DNA from: Candidatus Heimdallarchaeota archaeon
GTDB lineage: Archaea > Asgardarchaeota > Heimdallarchaeia > Heimdallarchaeales > Heimdallarchaeaceae
NCBI GenBank assembly: GCA_018238545.1
Contig: JABCTC010000013.1
Span: 18,233-82,232 of the forward strand
Direction: 5' to 3'
DNA: 64,000 nt
Shown here: piece by piece, positions 1 to 9,989 of the stretch
How the letters are laid out: each line of letters begins with the position of its first letter
Numbering within the stretch: position 1 is the stretch's first letter
Translations under genes and position numbers: made by a program
The notes under the pieces: generated by a model
The model's database searches: none
The model's input: the letters and a program-made list of their open reading frames with translations, nothing else
What the model was told of the DNA's origin: nothing

Positions 1-205
1 ACATCCAGAAGAATCCAAAATCTCGACTTGAATCATGTTGTTCCCAATATGCATTTGATGCAATATTCTTGAGTATTAACGATAGGGAGAATAAGAAAAG
101 GCAAATTGCTATAATAATCGAAACTTGTATTATGAGTTTCTTTTTCTGTTCCTTATTCGTTGTGAGTCGATTCCTTAGTTCTGCTATATTCCCAGATTCC
201 ATCAT
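1..205 (-). CDS. Membrane protein, N-terminal part only (runs off window start)
   Basis: Manual translation: MMESGNIAELRNRLTTNKEQKKKLIIQVSIIIAICLFLFSLSLILKN...; open to the window edge; GTGAT RBS-like motif just upstream; one TM helix. Not in the ORF track. Confidence 0.7.
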   Translation of the reverse strand, partial: MMESGNIAELRNRLTTNKEQKKKLIIQVSIIIAICLFLFSLSLILKNIASNAYWEQHDSSRDFGFFWM

Positions 206-282
206 TAATCACAACAATTTTCTCTCAACAAGTATTCCAATACATTGAAAATTAATAAGTTTAATGAATAAATAGGTTATCA

Positions 283-1200
283 TCACTTTATCTCATCAGA
301 ATATTCAGTTTTAATTATCTGGTACCACTGTCTAACTGTATTAGCAAAATTTTCAAACGCAGCAAGAACATTTTCACTCTCTGTACATGAAATAAACTCC
401 GATAGTACTATTGTACCATATTCTTTCTCTAAAGATTGTCTAAAGGGTTCAACTTCTTTTGCTAAGGATGCAAGTTCATCTTCATTTTGTAAGTCAATTT
501 TATTGCCGAGAATCATTATCGGAGGACACAAGTCATATGAATACACATCTAGAAATGTATCTAGCCAATCTTGTATTTTTTCAAAGGTTGAAGGGTTGGT
601 TACATCATATACTAGGATTACACCAAAACAAGCTTTAGCGTACAGCCAATGTGGTGATCCTGAGGGGATATCTAGAATAACACTCTCAAAATCTATATTG
701 AAAGCCTCTGAAGCACGAACAATCTTCCCAAAAAACACTCCAGGGGCAGGTTGATTTGGTGTTTCTCCTGACAAAGCATATACAAATGATTGTTTTCCAA
801 CTCTTTCTTCGCCTAATAGAATTATCCTTGCAGAAAATGATTGTATTATTCCTCCCTTCGGTTTTGTCTGAGGTATGACTGGTATTTTTGAAACGTCAAG
901 CGCCCCGGCCCCTTCCTCCCAAGCAAGTTCACTATGACTTGGAACAGTATACAAATACCACTTCCAAAACGAATCATGTATCTTATCAAGACATAATCGA
1001 ATCAGTTCATGGGCAAAAATTATTCTTTTTCCTTCCTTTAAGAAGCCTGTTCGATCACTCTGTTGTAAAAAATAATTCTTAACTTGGTTAGATGACAAGT
1101 TTATCTTATTGGATAGTTTCTCTTCATTCAAGTACGAATTGCCAAATAGATGCTCATCTAGAATTTTAAGTAACTCCTCTTTCTGCATATAAAAATTCAA
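283..1200 (-). CDS. Divergent Ras/Rab-like small GTPase with ~120-aa N-terminal extension
   Basis: G1 GEERVGKQS, VYDVT, G4 GNKID, G5 ISC; G3 degenerate (LDIPS). Confidence 0.8.
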   Translation of the reverse strand: MNFYMQKEELLKILDEHLFGNSYLNEEKLSNKINLSSNQVKNYFLQQSDRTGFLKEGKRIIFAHELIRLCLDKIHDSFWKWYLYTVPSHSELAWEEGAGALDVSKIPVIPQTKPKGGIIQSFSARIILLGEERVGKQSFVYALSGETPNQPAPGVFFGKIVRASEAFNIDFESVILDIPSGSPHWLYAKACFGVILVYDVTNPSTFEKIQDWLDTFLDVYSYDLCPPIMILGNKIDLQNEDELASLAKEVEPFRQSLEKEYGTIVLSEFISCTESENVLAAFENFANTVRQWYQIIKTEYSDEIK

Positions 1201-1257
1201 TCCTTTTGAAAGGCATTTTGAGAATAATGCTTTGTTTACAAAAGGGAAAATATAATA

Positions 1258-1695
1258 TTAAAATCTGCTTGTATTCTTAGTGTGACTTGGGGAAGGAATT
1301 GTTTTGAAGCGAGAATATGATTTTTCAGCTGATTTAAATGAGCTTTGTAGTAAACCAATTTCTTCATTATTTAGACCTGCTTTTCTCAATTCTTCTAAGA
1401 AACTATCAGGAGCAATTATGAATCTTTTCCAATTACCTTCTCCGCGCAATAATGTTTCCATCTTCCTCCGCATATTGAAAAGATATGGACGGTTTTTGAA
1501 ATGGATGAGAGCTTTTCTGATTTCTCCTCTTACAATTTCAGCATCTTCAAGAGGAACCCTTGTTTCACTGTCTTCTAAGAAATGTGTTATTTCTTTCAAT
1601 ATCTGGGGCTCTATCTCTTCTGTAGATGGGAATATACTATTCAATGCAATATTAATGAATTCGTCAACATCATCATATTCACTAGCTATCATCAA
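1258..1695 (-). CDS. Hypothetical protein
   Basis: 145-aa ORF co-oriented with neighbours, natural-looking helical composition. Confidence 0.6.
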   Translation of the reverse strand: MMIASEYDDVDEFINIALNSIFPSTEEIEPQILKEITHFLEDSETRVPLEDAEIVRGEIRKALIHFKNRPYLFNMRRKMETLLRGEGNWKRFIIAPDSFLEELRKAGLNNEEIGLLQSSFKSAEKSYSRFKTIPSPSHTKNTSRF

Positions 1696-1806
1696 AGAAA
1701 GTTTCTATCCTTCAATCATAAGACCACATGAGACTGAGATATGATTGTAAACTTATACCGGGTATTACACTTTGATGAAAGTGGAGATAATTTACAAAAA
1801 GATTCA

Positions 1807-4353
1807 CTAAACATATGCTTGATATTCATTGTAATTCTCAATTAATTCTAATCTCATTGTTTTTAGCAATTTTATAGCTTCAATAGCTCCTTTCTTATTC
1901 AGAGGTTGATTGTTATTTCCACACTGATAAGAATAGGTACATCGAGGACAACCATCTATTGTTTTGCAGGTACATCCCTCAAGAATTTTCAATGATCTTT
2001 CAAAACCATCCTCTAATCTATCATAAAGCAATTTGACTAACCCACTCCCACCTTTTGCAGCATCATAAACAAAAATAGCTCCCGAGCTACCCATCGAAAT
2101 TCCACCTATTTCCGCACTACCTCCCCCAGTTAGCATAGAACTCGATTCAATCAAAACGTGTTCAAGAGCATGGAAAGTTCCACTCATTAGGATTTCTTCC
2201 GATAGATTAGGATATTCAGATAAAATCATAGTTGGTTGCGGTGCAGTAAAAACAAATCCTTTTGTTTGAAATGAATAAACAATGGGTTCATTCAGTTCTT
2301 TAATCGCCTTTAGTTTGTTGGTGTAAATTTCACTTATTTTGTAACCTATAACGTATTCAGTTATTTTCAAATCGCAATATGCAACTTCTGTTCCCAACAC
2401 TCGTTTCCTTTCGTTTATCTTAATTATAGTAGGTACCGCATATCGCGTTGCTGAAGTTTTGAGATTAAGTGCTTCGATTTTTTCTAGCGTTATTTCTCCA
2501 CCACCAAATCTAGAATCATATTTGAAAGATGTAGATCGATAATGCTTTCCTCCAAGCAAATAAATTGCCCCAGGAAATAGTTCTCTAGCGGCCATGGGCA
2601 TAGATCTTTCACCCATTCTAATTCCCTTATCGCTCTTGATTAAAACGGTGTCTCCAATTCCTCGAATAGAATATGACCGTAGTAAATTAAGAATTTCTTT
2701 TCTATTTACTGGTCGATAAAGGTTTTCTGAGGTTCTTCGAATAAGATTGTTTTCTTCCATCATTTTAAGCATAGAAATGTGTTCAGGGAATTCTTTCTCT
2801 TGTAAAGGTTTTTCCAATATAGAAGCTAAAAGTTGATAATATGAAACAATTTCATTTCTTGGTTCAACATAACCTTTTCTTACATCATCGAAATATGTCT
2901 CAGGGTATAAACTGTAAAACGTACTAATTGGATCATCGTTTCTAAGTATAAGAGCACCAACAGATTCTTGTCCCTTCCTACCAGCTCTACCAATTCGTTG
3001 TATGAAACTAGTTATATCAACAATTGAAGACACAACACCATCTACGTCCCCAATATCGATTCCTAGTTCGAGAGTAGGTGTTGAAACTAAGGCTTGAAGG
3101 TCTCCTCCTTTGAAACGAGTTTCTACTTGATCTCGAAATTCTTTAGTTAGACCAGCACGATGAACAGATGATTTAATTCTAGCAGATTGTAAAAGTAAAT
3201 TCACAATTTCAGCATTTTTATGACTGTTTTGGAAACATAATGTTTTATGACCTGAGGACACCAATTGACGAGCAATCTCTGATGTAATTGTATATTGACT
3301 TACCCCCCATGGTAGAATTATTAGTAAATGTGTTGGAGCTTTTCTTGCATCTTTAACAGCAATTTCTTTTACATCGGTGTCAAACAAGTTACTTGCGAAT
3401 TCTTTTGCGTTTCCAATTGTAGCTGAAGAACCAATAAATTGTACCTTGTTTTTAATAATTCTTTGTAATCTTTTTAGAATGAAAAATAGATTAGAACCAA
3501 ATGCGCCAACCGCTACATGAATTTCATCAATAATAACGAATTTTACTGATCGAATTATGTCTTTGAAACTGTGATTTTTCATGTGAATGTGAAGCATGTC
3601 TGGGTTAGTTATCAGAATATTTGGCGGATATTCCATAATTCTTGTTCTTGTCTTTTGTGGAGTATCACCATCATAAACTTCACATGTTATACCCAATTTT
3701 TTGCCATATCGTAATATCTTCCTTTGTTGATCTTTTGCCAATGCTTTGGTAGGATAAATTATAATCGCAAATAGACCTCGTCTCATAAGAGGGTGAGGAG
3801 ATTCCTCTAGAATCTCTGCTAAAATTGGCAGAACAAACGCTTCTGTCTTTCCGGTTCCCGTAGGAGCTACGATTACAATGTCCTCACCTTCGCTAATAGC
3901 TTCAAATGATTCTGATTGGAAAGAATATAATTGGTTTATTCCGAGTTCCTTCAAGTAAAGCTGGAAATCTGTTGGCAAATTAACGTCAATTTTAGCTAGG
4001 GGTGGTTTGTTTTGTTTTAAGAATTTATAATAAATGAGTTCAATATTAGGGTTGTTGATTATTTTATTTACAGATGAAGGAAGTTTTTTTGGATCGTATC
4101 CGCCTCTTTCAATCATTTTCGTTATTTCTTCATCTGTTTTTCGCTTAAATGAAAATTCCAACATTTTATCTTTTCTTCTAGAAGGAGGTAGCATCTCCTT
4201 TCTTGTCGTCCTTTTCTTGATTAGTTTATTATAAGCATCGTTTATGTTTCCTGTTTGGATTTTTTCAGCAAACCCACAAAAACCGCAGTGAAAGCTTACA
4301 AGGGAAGTCTTTCCGTCTACAGTTAAAGGTTTATCACAGTCAGGACACTTCAT
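1807..4353 (-). CDS. DEAD/DEAH-box helicase with C-terminal DUF1998 (Hrq1/MrfA/SftH-like) and N-terminal Zn ribbon
   Basis: APTGTGKT, DEIH, SAT, TLELGIDIG, QRIGRAGR; C-terminal CxC-x4-CPRC-x5-C-GNNN; N-terminal CPDC...CGFC. Confidence 0.92.
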   Translation of the reverse strand: MKCPDCDKPLTVDGKTSLVSFHCGFCGFAEKIQTGNINDAYNKLIKKRTTRKEMLPPSRRKDKMLEFSFKRKTDEEITKMIERGGYDPKKLPSSVNKIINNPNIELIYYKFLKQNKPPLAKIDVNLPTDFQLYLKELGINQLYSFQSESFEAISEGEDIVIVAPTGTGKTEAFVLPILAEILEESPHPLMRRGLFAIIIYPTKALAKDQQRKILRYGKKLGITCEVYDGDTPQKTRTRIMEYPPNILITNPDMLHIHMKNHSFKDIIRSVKFVIIDEIHVAVGAFGSNLFFILKRLQRIIKNKVQFIGSSATIGNAKEFASNLFDTDVKEIAVKDARKAPTHLLIILPWGVSQYTITSEIARQLVSSGHKTLCFQNSHKNAEIVNLLLQSARIKSSVHRAGLTKEFRDQVETRFKGGDLQALVSTPTLELGIDIGDVDGVVSSIVDITSFIQRIGRAGRKGQESVGALILRNDDPISTFYSLYPETYFDDVRKGYVEPRNEIVSYYQLLASILEKPLQEKEFPEHISMLKMMEENNLIRRTSENLYRPVNRKEILNLLRSYSIRGIGDTVLIKSDKGIRMGERSMPMAARELFPGAIYLLGGKHYRSTSFKYDSRFGGGEITLEKIEALNLKTSATRYAVPTIIKINERKRVLGTEVAYCDLKITEYVIGYKISEIYTNKLKAIKELNEPIVYSFQTKGFVFTAPQPTMILSEYPNLSEEILMSGTFHALEHVLIESSSMLTGGGSAEIGGISMGSSGAIFVYDAAKGGSGLVKLLYDRLEDGFERSLKILEGCTCKTIDGCPRCTYSYQCGNNNQPLNKKGAIEAIKLLKTMRLELIENYNEYQAYV

Positions 4354-4480
4354 TCTAGTTTCTATGCACCTAATTTGTTAATCATTAATAAAGTTGCAGT
4401 GTGAGCATCATATATCAGTCGAAATGCCTTCAGAAAGGATATATTTAAAATAGTTTTAACTCTATTCGAAACAAGCTAAG

Positions 4481-4747
4481 GTGAAAAAAATGTCTACTCC
4501 ACGCGCATGTAAATGGAAACAAAGTGTTTCAGGTAAAGCACCTGATGGTTCAATACAGAAAGTCAATTTCCCCTGTAGATTTCCAGACGAAGAACTTACA
4601 ACTGATTTATGTTCTCTTTGTCTTCAAGGAGATTTATTCTCAATGTTTTACGCTCAGATGATGAGTATGAAACAAGGTGCTAATATGCAAGAAGAGATTA
4701 TGGCTTTTCTCAAAAATTTCACGTCTGAAGATTTTGACATGAGGTAA
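4481..4747 (+). CDS. Small Cys-motif hypothetical protein (probable start ATG 4490)
   Basis: GGTGA RBS before MSTPRAC; C-x21-C-x11-C-x2-C pattern; divergent from helicase. Confidence 0.7.
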   Translation: MKKMSTPRACKWKQSVSGKAPDGSIQKVNFPCRFPDEELTTDLCSLCLQGDLFSMFYAQMMSMKQGANMQEEIMAFLKNFTSEDFDMR

Positions 4748-4789
4748 ACATACCTGATCAATGTATTCAAAACAGTGATCTAAATGTCT

Positions 4790-7700
4790 CTATTTATTTC
4801 TTAACTTTGATATAATCATAGCAATCGACAAAGTGATGGTAATCACTGCTACACTAACCAGAGGATAGAATAAAGGTAATGAAGAGTAAGTAATTCTTTC
4901 ATATGCACCAGATATGGGTATATTTATTGTAAAGAGGCTGGAGAAAGTCGACCATATAAAATAGTTTTGAGAATCTTCATTTATTGTTGATGGAGACAGT
5001 TTCATGGATAGTGGAATCTCTAGTGTTGTCGATGGATTTTCTTGCGTTTCTATAGATTGAAAATCTGTTGTAAGTATTTCATAAAGTGATAAGTAATTTA
5101 CTATTAGTGGAGGTACAGTAAAATTATCTGGTAAGTCAGTGCCAGTAATAGTGATGACGATTTTGTCTCCGGGGTAAAGAGTCATCGTAGCATAAGTTAC
5201 CTTTACAGTTCCAAATACTACTGATGTTTCAATTATTAGTTCTGATTCGACTTCGTTGTGAATATACTGCACATTAGCTTCAAATGAATCTAGTAAAGAT
5301 TGATCAATAAATTGGAATAGTGAAATATTTGCAGGAGACATTCCTTTGTTCTCTATTTTATATTGCAGAAACAATGAACTATCTTCTTCAGTGACTTCAA
5401 ACATTGATTCTACAGTTATTTCAGGTAGTGGAAAAGCTTGTTTTGCTTGATTCTCAAGCGAAGGTGGAGGCAATAAGATTCCAAATGTTAATGTTGAACT
5501 AACGAGATTTCTTGCCTCTCCTCCATAAATCCAAGAGATTGTATTACCAGTCCATGGATTAATTATTTCAACTATACCTTGGTCTTTGTCTGACGTGAAG
5601 CTAATAAGCGCTATATAGGTATTGAGACCTATGTAACTGTTTGCGATTATTGAAAATTCATGTGATAATTCTTCACCAATAAGTATCTCATCGATATCAA
5701 AGGATTTTACCTTCACGATACCTGTTGGTTGCCAGAGAAAATCAAGTTTTAAGTTTACAATATCCACGTGTATATCAGAGGCATCTAAAGAACCAAAATT
5801 AGTGATATTCAAATTAAAATTAATTTGCTCACCAACCCTATAGATTGATTCTTCTAGGGTAAGTAAACTTTCCAAAACAGCTTCATCATCTCCAATCTGC
5901 AAATTTAATCCATTTGTTAGACCGTAATATTCTTGCCCATTTATATCCGAATAGCTGTATCTACTACCTAAGGAGATGAAAGAGCTTGTGACCTCATCAA
6001 AGGTACTAAGGAAGCGTCCAGCACTGTTAATTACAGCAAAAAGTGTTAGCATCAAATCCTTGTAATCACTTTCTACAGTTCGAAATACAGCATATTCACA
6101 AAAACCACTATATTCAGGATAAACAGAGAAAGCCCCGAATTTATCTGAAGATGTAGGGATATTGGAAATTTGCCAAGAGAAATCCACAGTTTCATTAACC
6201 TCCAAACTTGGGATAACAAATTCAAGATAATCACCAAAAATTCCGGTTTTATTTGAAAAATCAGCTGATTCAAATTGGAATAAAGTCTTGTTTTTATAAA
6301 ACTTAGAGAAAACAGTATCGTATGTATTGCTTATTGCGTTTGTAAGTTTAGTCTGAAGTGTTGATCTATAATTGGCAAGGTTTAAAAATATTATTTCAGA
6401 ACCGACAGATTCTATAAATGGGAGAATTTCCTGTTCAACCTCATAGTATAAATCAGAAGATAAACCAGAGGAACAATAGATTGTAGCATATTCGTCGAGA
6501 ATAATTTCCGTATCATTTCGCCATCCTTCAAACTGTGAGGTTATAGTATTTTGATACCAACCCCGAATATCAAGAATCGAGATATTGGCTGAATAAACAC
6601 CATAATTAAAATATAGGTAAATAAAAGATGAAAAAGTTTCGTTTATTGTTAAATAATCTTTCATTACAGGTATCTCTGCACCATTATAGATGAATGATGC
6701 TAACTCAGGAGGGATTGGCATTTTGATAGAAGTATCTAAGGCAACATCTGTACCAATGTTTGTAGCTCTGTAAGTCATGTTGAGCACTCCTTCATCTTCA
6801 AGAATTTGATCTGAGTATGAGTTTGTAACAACAACTTGAGGATATGTAAAATCAGCCAATGAGGAGGGGTGATATGAGATTTCTGCGTTAAAATTAGGAT
6901 AACGTGTGATATTGGAATACTTCAATAACCATTCAAATGAACCAGTAATACTTGCTCCAACATTATCAGGTACAGGATTAATAGAGGTAATATTGGCAAT
7001 GAACGGGATCCTGAAAGAAGCTCTTGATATAAACGCTTCTGGGTTGGGAGAAATTATTTCTCCAAAAGTGTTTTCTAGATTGAAAGTGTAGATACCGTTA
7101 ATCAAAGATATCTTATCTGCAAGTGAAACCATAGCTCCTCTAGTTATTTTGTTTACTGACCACAAATTCTTCTGGATAGAATACCCAAAAGCATAGATGT
7201 CAGGAGATTGATTGATAGCTTCTTCCATTAAAACTACCGAGTTACCATGTAGAATATCATCATATGGAGAGAAAATATCGCTAAAAAGAGACAATGCTAT
7301 CTCAGGAGTGATTGGAGCTAACAAAGAAATCAGTGTTTCTGTATAAGAAATAGATTGTACTGAATATAAACTTAAATTTAAATTATAATTTTGTTCGACT
7401 AGAGTTATAATATTATTTGAAATTGCTTCTAAACGAGATACTGTGGTAGTTCGTGTTTTTATTCGAACAACCAGACCATCAGGGACTCGCCATAATGGAT
7501 TAGACCAAACATTTGAGAATTGAGATTGGTTTGAAACAATAAAATCAATTTGAGTAACTGGTGACAAAGCTATAGATGTAAGGTCAAACGGTGTCTCAAT
7601 TTGTCCTCCATTTAGCTCTAATGAGGCTATTATTGAATTATCTCTTCCGGCAATGAGATCCAGTTTTTCTTGGTAAAAGTCAAGTTCTTCTAAAACCATT

Positions 7701-7858
7701 GGCTGCATTAAAGAACCATTATTTCCTACAAAAGTGGAAGAAACAAGATTATTTGGAGACATAAGAATGGAAGAGAGGAAAATCAAGAGTACCAAAATTG
7801 TTTGAGGATAATTTGGGGCTATTCTATTCCTAAGACGGAGAAGTTTTTTGATACTCAT
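4790..7858 (-). CDS. Large secreted/surface glycoprotein with Ig-like (CARDB-type) domains and C-terminal TM anchor
   Basis: N-terminal signal/TM, repeated (I/A)xNxG motifs (ATNIG, ITNFG, IENKG), many N-x-S/T sequons, C-terminal hydrophobic helix followed by KLRNK. Confidence 0.75.
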   Translation of the reverse strand: MSIKKLLRLRNRIAPNYPQTILVLLIFLSSILMSPNNLVSSTFVGNNGSLMQPMVLEELDFYQEKLDLIAGRDNSIIASLELNGGQIETPFDLTSIALSPVTQIDFIVSNQSQFSNVWSNPLWRVPDGLVVRIKTRTTTVSRLEAISNNIITLVEQNYNLNLSLYSVQSISYTETLISLLAPITPEIALSLFSDIFSPYDDILHGNSVVLMEEAINQSPDIYAFGYSIQKNLWSVNKITRGAMVSLADKISLINGIYTFNLENTFGEIISPNPEAFISRASFRIPFIANITSINPVPDNVGASITGSFEWLLKYSNITRYPNFNAEISYHPSSLADFTYPQVVVTNSYSDQILEDEGVLNMTYRATNIGTDVALDTSIKMPIPPELASFIYNGAEIPVMKDYLTINETFSSFIYLYFNYGVYSANISILDIRGWYQNTITSQFEGWRNDTEIILDEYATIYCSSGLSSDLYYEVEQEILPFIESVGSEIIFLNLANYRSTLQTKLTNAISNTYDTVFSKFYKNKTLFQFESADFSNKTGIFGDYLEFVIPSLEVNETVDFSWQISNIPTSSDKFGAFSVYPEYSGFCEYAVFRTVESDYKDLMLTLFAVINSAGRFLSTFDEVTSSFISLGSRYSYSDINGQEYYGLTNGLNLQIGDDEAVLESLLTLEESIYRVGEQINFNLNITNFGSLDASDIHVDIVNLKLDFLWQPTGIVKVKSFDIDEILIGEELSHEFSIIANSYIGLNTYIALISFTSDKDQGIVEIINPWTGNTISWIYGGEARNLVSSTLTFGILLPPPSLENQAKQAFPLPEITVESMFEVTEEDSSLFLQYKIENKGMSPANISLFQFIDQSLLDSFEANVQYIHNEVESELIIETSVVFGTVKVTYATMTLYPGDKIVITITGTDLPDNFTVPPLIVNYLSLYEILTTDFQSIETQENPSTTLEIPLSMKLSPSTINEDSQNYFIWSTFSSLFTINIPISGAYERITYSSLPLFYPLVSVAVITITLSIAMIISKLRNK

Positions 7859-7955
7859 GAAGCATTTCCCTCATAATTCATTATGTTTTTCACTCTTGAT
7901 AAGATTTTATTTCTACAAAGTTTAAAGTATTCAGTTCTATTTTTCTCGAACATCA

Positions 7956-8798
7956 TCATATAGTGACCTCCAGAAGGTTCATAATCAAAAATGCTAACCC
8001 GTTTAGAATAAAAACCACAAATAGTGTGGCTAATCCAGCCTTCTCAACCCTTAATTCCTTAATAACAACAATTGACTCAGTCAAAAGTCCTACGAATATT
8101 AATTGTGTAAACATTAGCAACACGATCACCCAGATATCCATCTGTAAAGGTGAAATGGGATATTCAAAATCAAAAACAAGTGCTTCAAGTATACAAAATA
8201 AAACCAACGGTATTTGAGCAAATATAGCGCTTTGAAATAGGGCTAACTTCCCCGCTTTTCTTTTGTAAATAACCGACACAAATAGCTCAGTTAACAGATA
8301 TGTAACGATTGTAGATACTAAGAAGAATATTGGAGCAAAGAAATCAGGAACAATGAAAGAAGGAAATAAGAAAATGGGAGCAAATGAAAGGAAGTATGTG
8401 GCAACCCCTAACCCAACAAAAAGCAAGATAGAGAATCCTAATGACCTAACAGGATCATTTTCTATAAAACGAAAGACGGGCCTTAAGAAAACCGAATGTA
8501 GAAATGACATTTTCCCATATGTGGGTAAACTAGGTGCAGAAATATCTAATTCATCCTCAATCAGTGCATATGATCTTCTTCCCTTCTCTGTTAACAGATA
8601 TTTCTTAGTAGAATCTTGAGTTATAAGCTCTCCAAGAGTATCAAGGTGATGATAAAGTGTTCCAACTTTCATATGAAAACGTTCTTGAATTTCAGTAAAA
8701 GAAACAACCATTTTTTCACCAATAAAACAAAGTAAATCCCTTCGAATTTTATTCGAAAGTGCCTTCCAAATTTCAGGTGGTTGTTTCTTCGAATTCAT
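7956..8798 (-). CDS. ArsR-like winged-helix regulator fused to a multi-pass membrane domain
   Basis: ALSNKIRRDLL...SFTEI...GTLYHHLDTL...YLLTEKG, followed by ~5-6 TM helices. Confidence 0.82.
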   Translation of the reverse strand: MNSKKQPPEIWKALSNKIRRDLLCFIGEKMVVSFTEIQERFHMKVGTLYHHLDTLGELITQDSTKKYLLTEKGRRSYALIEDELDISAPSLPTYGKMSFLHSVFLRPVFRFIENDPVRSLGFSILLFVGLGVATYFLSFAPIFLFPSFIVPDFFAPIFFLVSTIVTYLLTELFVSVIYKRKAGKLALFQSAIFAQIPLVLFCILEALVFDFEYPISPLQMDIWVIVLLMFTQLIFVGLLTESIVVIKELRVEKAGLATLFVVFILNGLAFLIMNLLEVTI

Positions 8799-8846
8799 AG
8801 AACTAAACTATAGTTGACAAACTCAAATTTAAAACTTGGCTTTCTA

Positions 8847-9989
8847 TTAATGGGTCTTGAGTATGTTGTAAAGAGTGTCTCTCTGAGCAGGAATTCTATT
8901 GGCATCACGAATTAAATCAATAAATTCCTCTGCTGTTTTCTCTTCACCATGTGTTCCACCCGCACTTTTGGTAATACTCTCATAAAACAATGTTCCACCC
9001 ACATCATTAACCCCAGCATTAAGCGAGATTTGTGAGAATTTTGAGCCTAGTTTTACCCAAGAAGTCTGAATGTTTGAAAAAAGCTCGCCCAGATATAACC
9101 TTGCGGTACTAAAAAGAGCTAAATCATGCATTCCTGTACTACCGGGTCTCGCACCTAGATATTTATACAAAACGGTTTTGTTGTGTATAAAAGGCAAAGG
9201 TACAAATTCTGTAAAACCTTTTGAAATTTCTTGCATATGTTTTAGTAAAACTAGATGTTCAGCTTCATTTTCCAGAGTTTCTACATGTCCATACATCATC
9301 GTTGATGTAGATTTTAAACCCAAACTATGTCCAGTTAGTACGATGTTTACCCATTGATTTGTAGATATTTTTTCTGGGCAAATCACTTGTCGGATTTCAT
9401 CTACTAGAATTTCTGCGGCTGTTCCTGGAAAAGAATCTAGTCCATTCCTAAAGAGCTCCTTGAACACATCCTCCACTGTTTCACCAGAAATTCGTGACAT
9501 ATAAGCAATCTCAGAGGGAGAGAAAGCGTGTATATGGATATTAGGTGCGGTGGTTTTTACTAATTTTAAAAGGTCTAGATAAAATTCGTAATTTATTTCT
9601 GGATCTAGACCTCCTTGAATGCATAACTCAGTACAGCCTCTTGCTACAGCTTTTTCCGTTTCTAGTCGTATATCATCAAGAGAGAGTCTTATAGATTTGA
9701 TGTTATTTTTGTTATTTGTATAGTTAAACGAACAAAATCTGCAGGAACCAATGCAATGATTTGAAAAATTAATGTTCTGATTAACTACGTATGTGACTTT
9801 ATCTCCAACCTGTTGATGTCTTAAATCATCAGCCAAAGCTGTTTGGACCCATAACTCCTTTCCGCGTTTTTTTAGTAGTGAAGTTACTTCTTTTATTTCA
9901 CGAGTATTTGATTTGCTAAAAGCAGTAAAATCAACTATTTCATCGATTTTTGGGGGAGATAATTTCTTCATTCCTATACTTATCCTCAA
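8847..9989 (-). CDS. cofH: FO synthase subunit 2 (radical SAM); probable start 9968
   Basis: TYVVNQNINFSNHCIGSCRFC, ELCIQGG, HIHAFSPSE, PGTAAEIL, NIQTSWVKLG, NDVGGTL. Confidence 0.92.
   Translation of the reverse strand: MRISIGMKKLSPPKIDEIVDFTAFSKSNTREIKEVTSLLKKRGKELWVQTALADDLRHQQVGDKVTYVVNQNINFSNHCIGSCRFCSFNYTNNKNNIKSIRLSLDDIRLETEKAVARGCTELCIQGGLDPEINYEFYLDLLKLVKTTAPNIHIHAFSPSEIAYMSRISGETVEDVFKELFRNGLDSFPGTAAEILVDEIRQVICPEKISTNQWVNIVLTGHSLGLKSTSTMMYGHVETLENEAEHLVLLKHMQEISKGFTEFVPLPFIHNKTVLYKYLGARPGSTGMHDLALFSTARLYLGELFSNIQTSWVKLGSKFSQISLNAGVNDVGGTLFYESITKSAGGTHGEEKTAEEFIDLIRDANRIPAQRDTLYNILKTH

Noticed and set aside
1304-1744. 146-aa + strand ORF overlapping the 145-aa - strand ORF
   Set aside because: Its Ser/Ile/Phe-rich composition is typical of antisense to a Glu/Lys-rich gene; the - strand ORF matches the local orientation.
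1807-4353. DUF1998 helicase as part of a DISARM/Druantia/Dpd defence system
   Set aside because: It is a single fused Hrq1/MrfA-type gene with no methylase, PLD or other defence genes adjacent; a DNA-repair role is more parsimonious.
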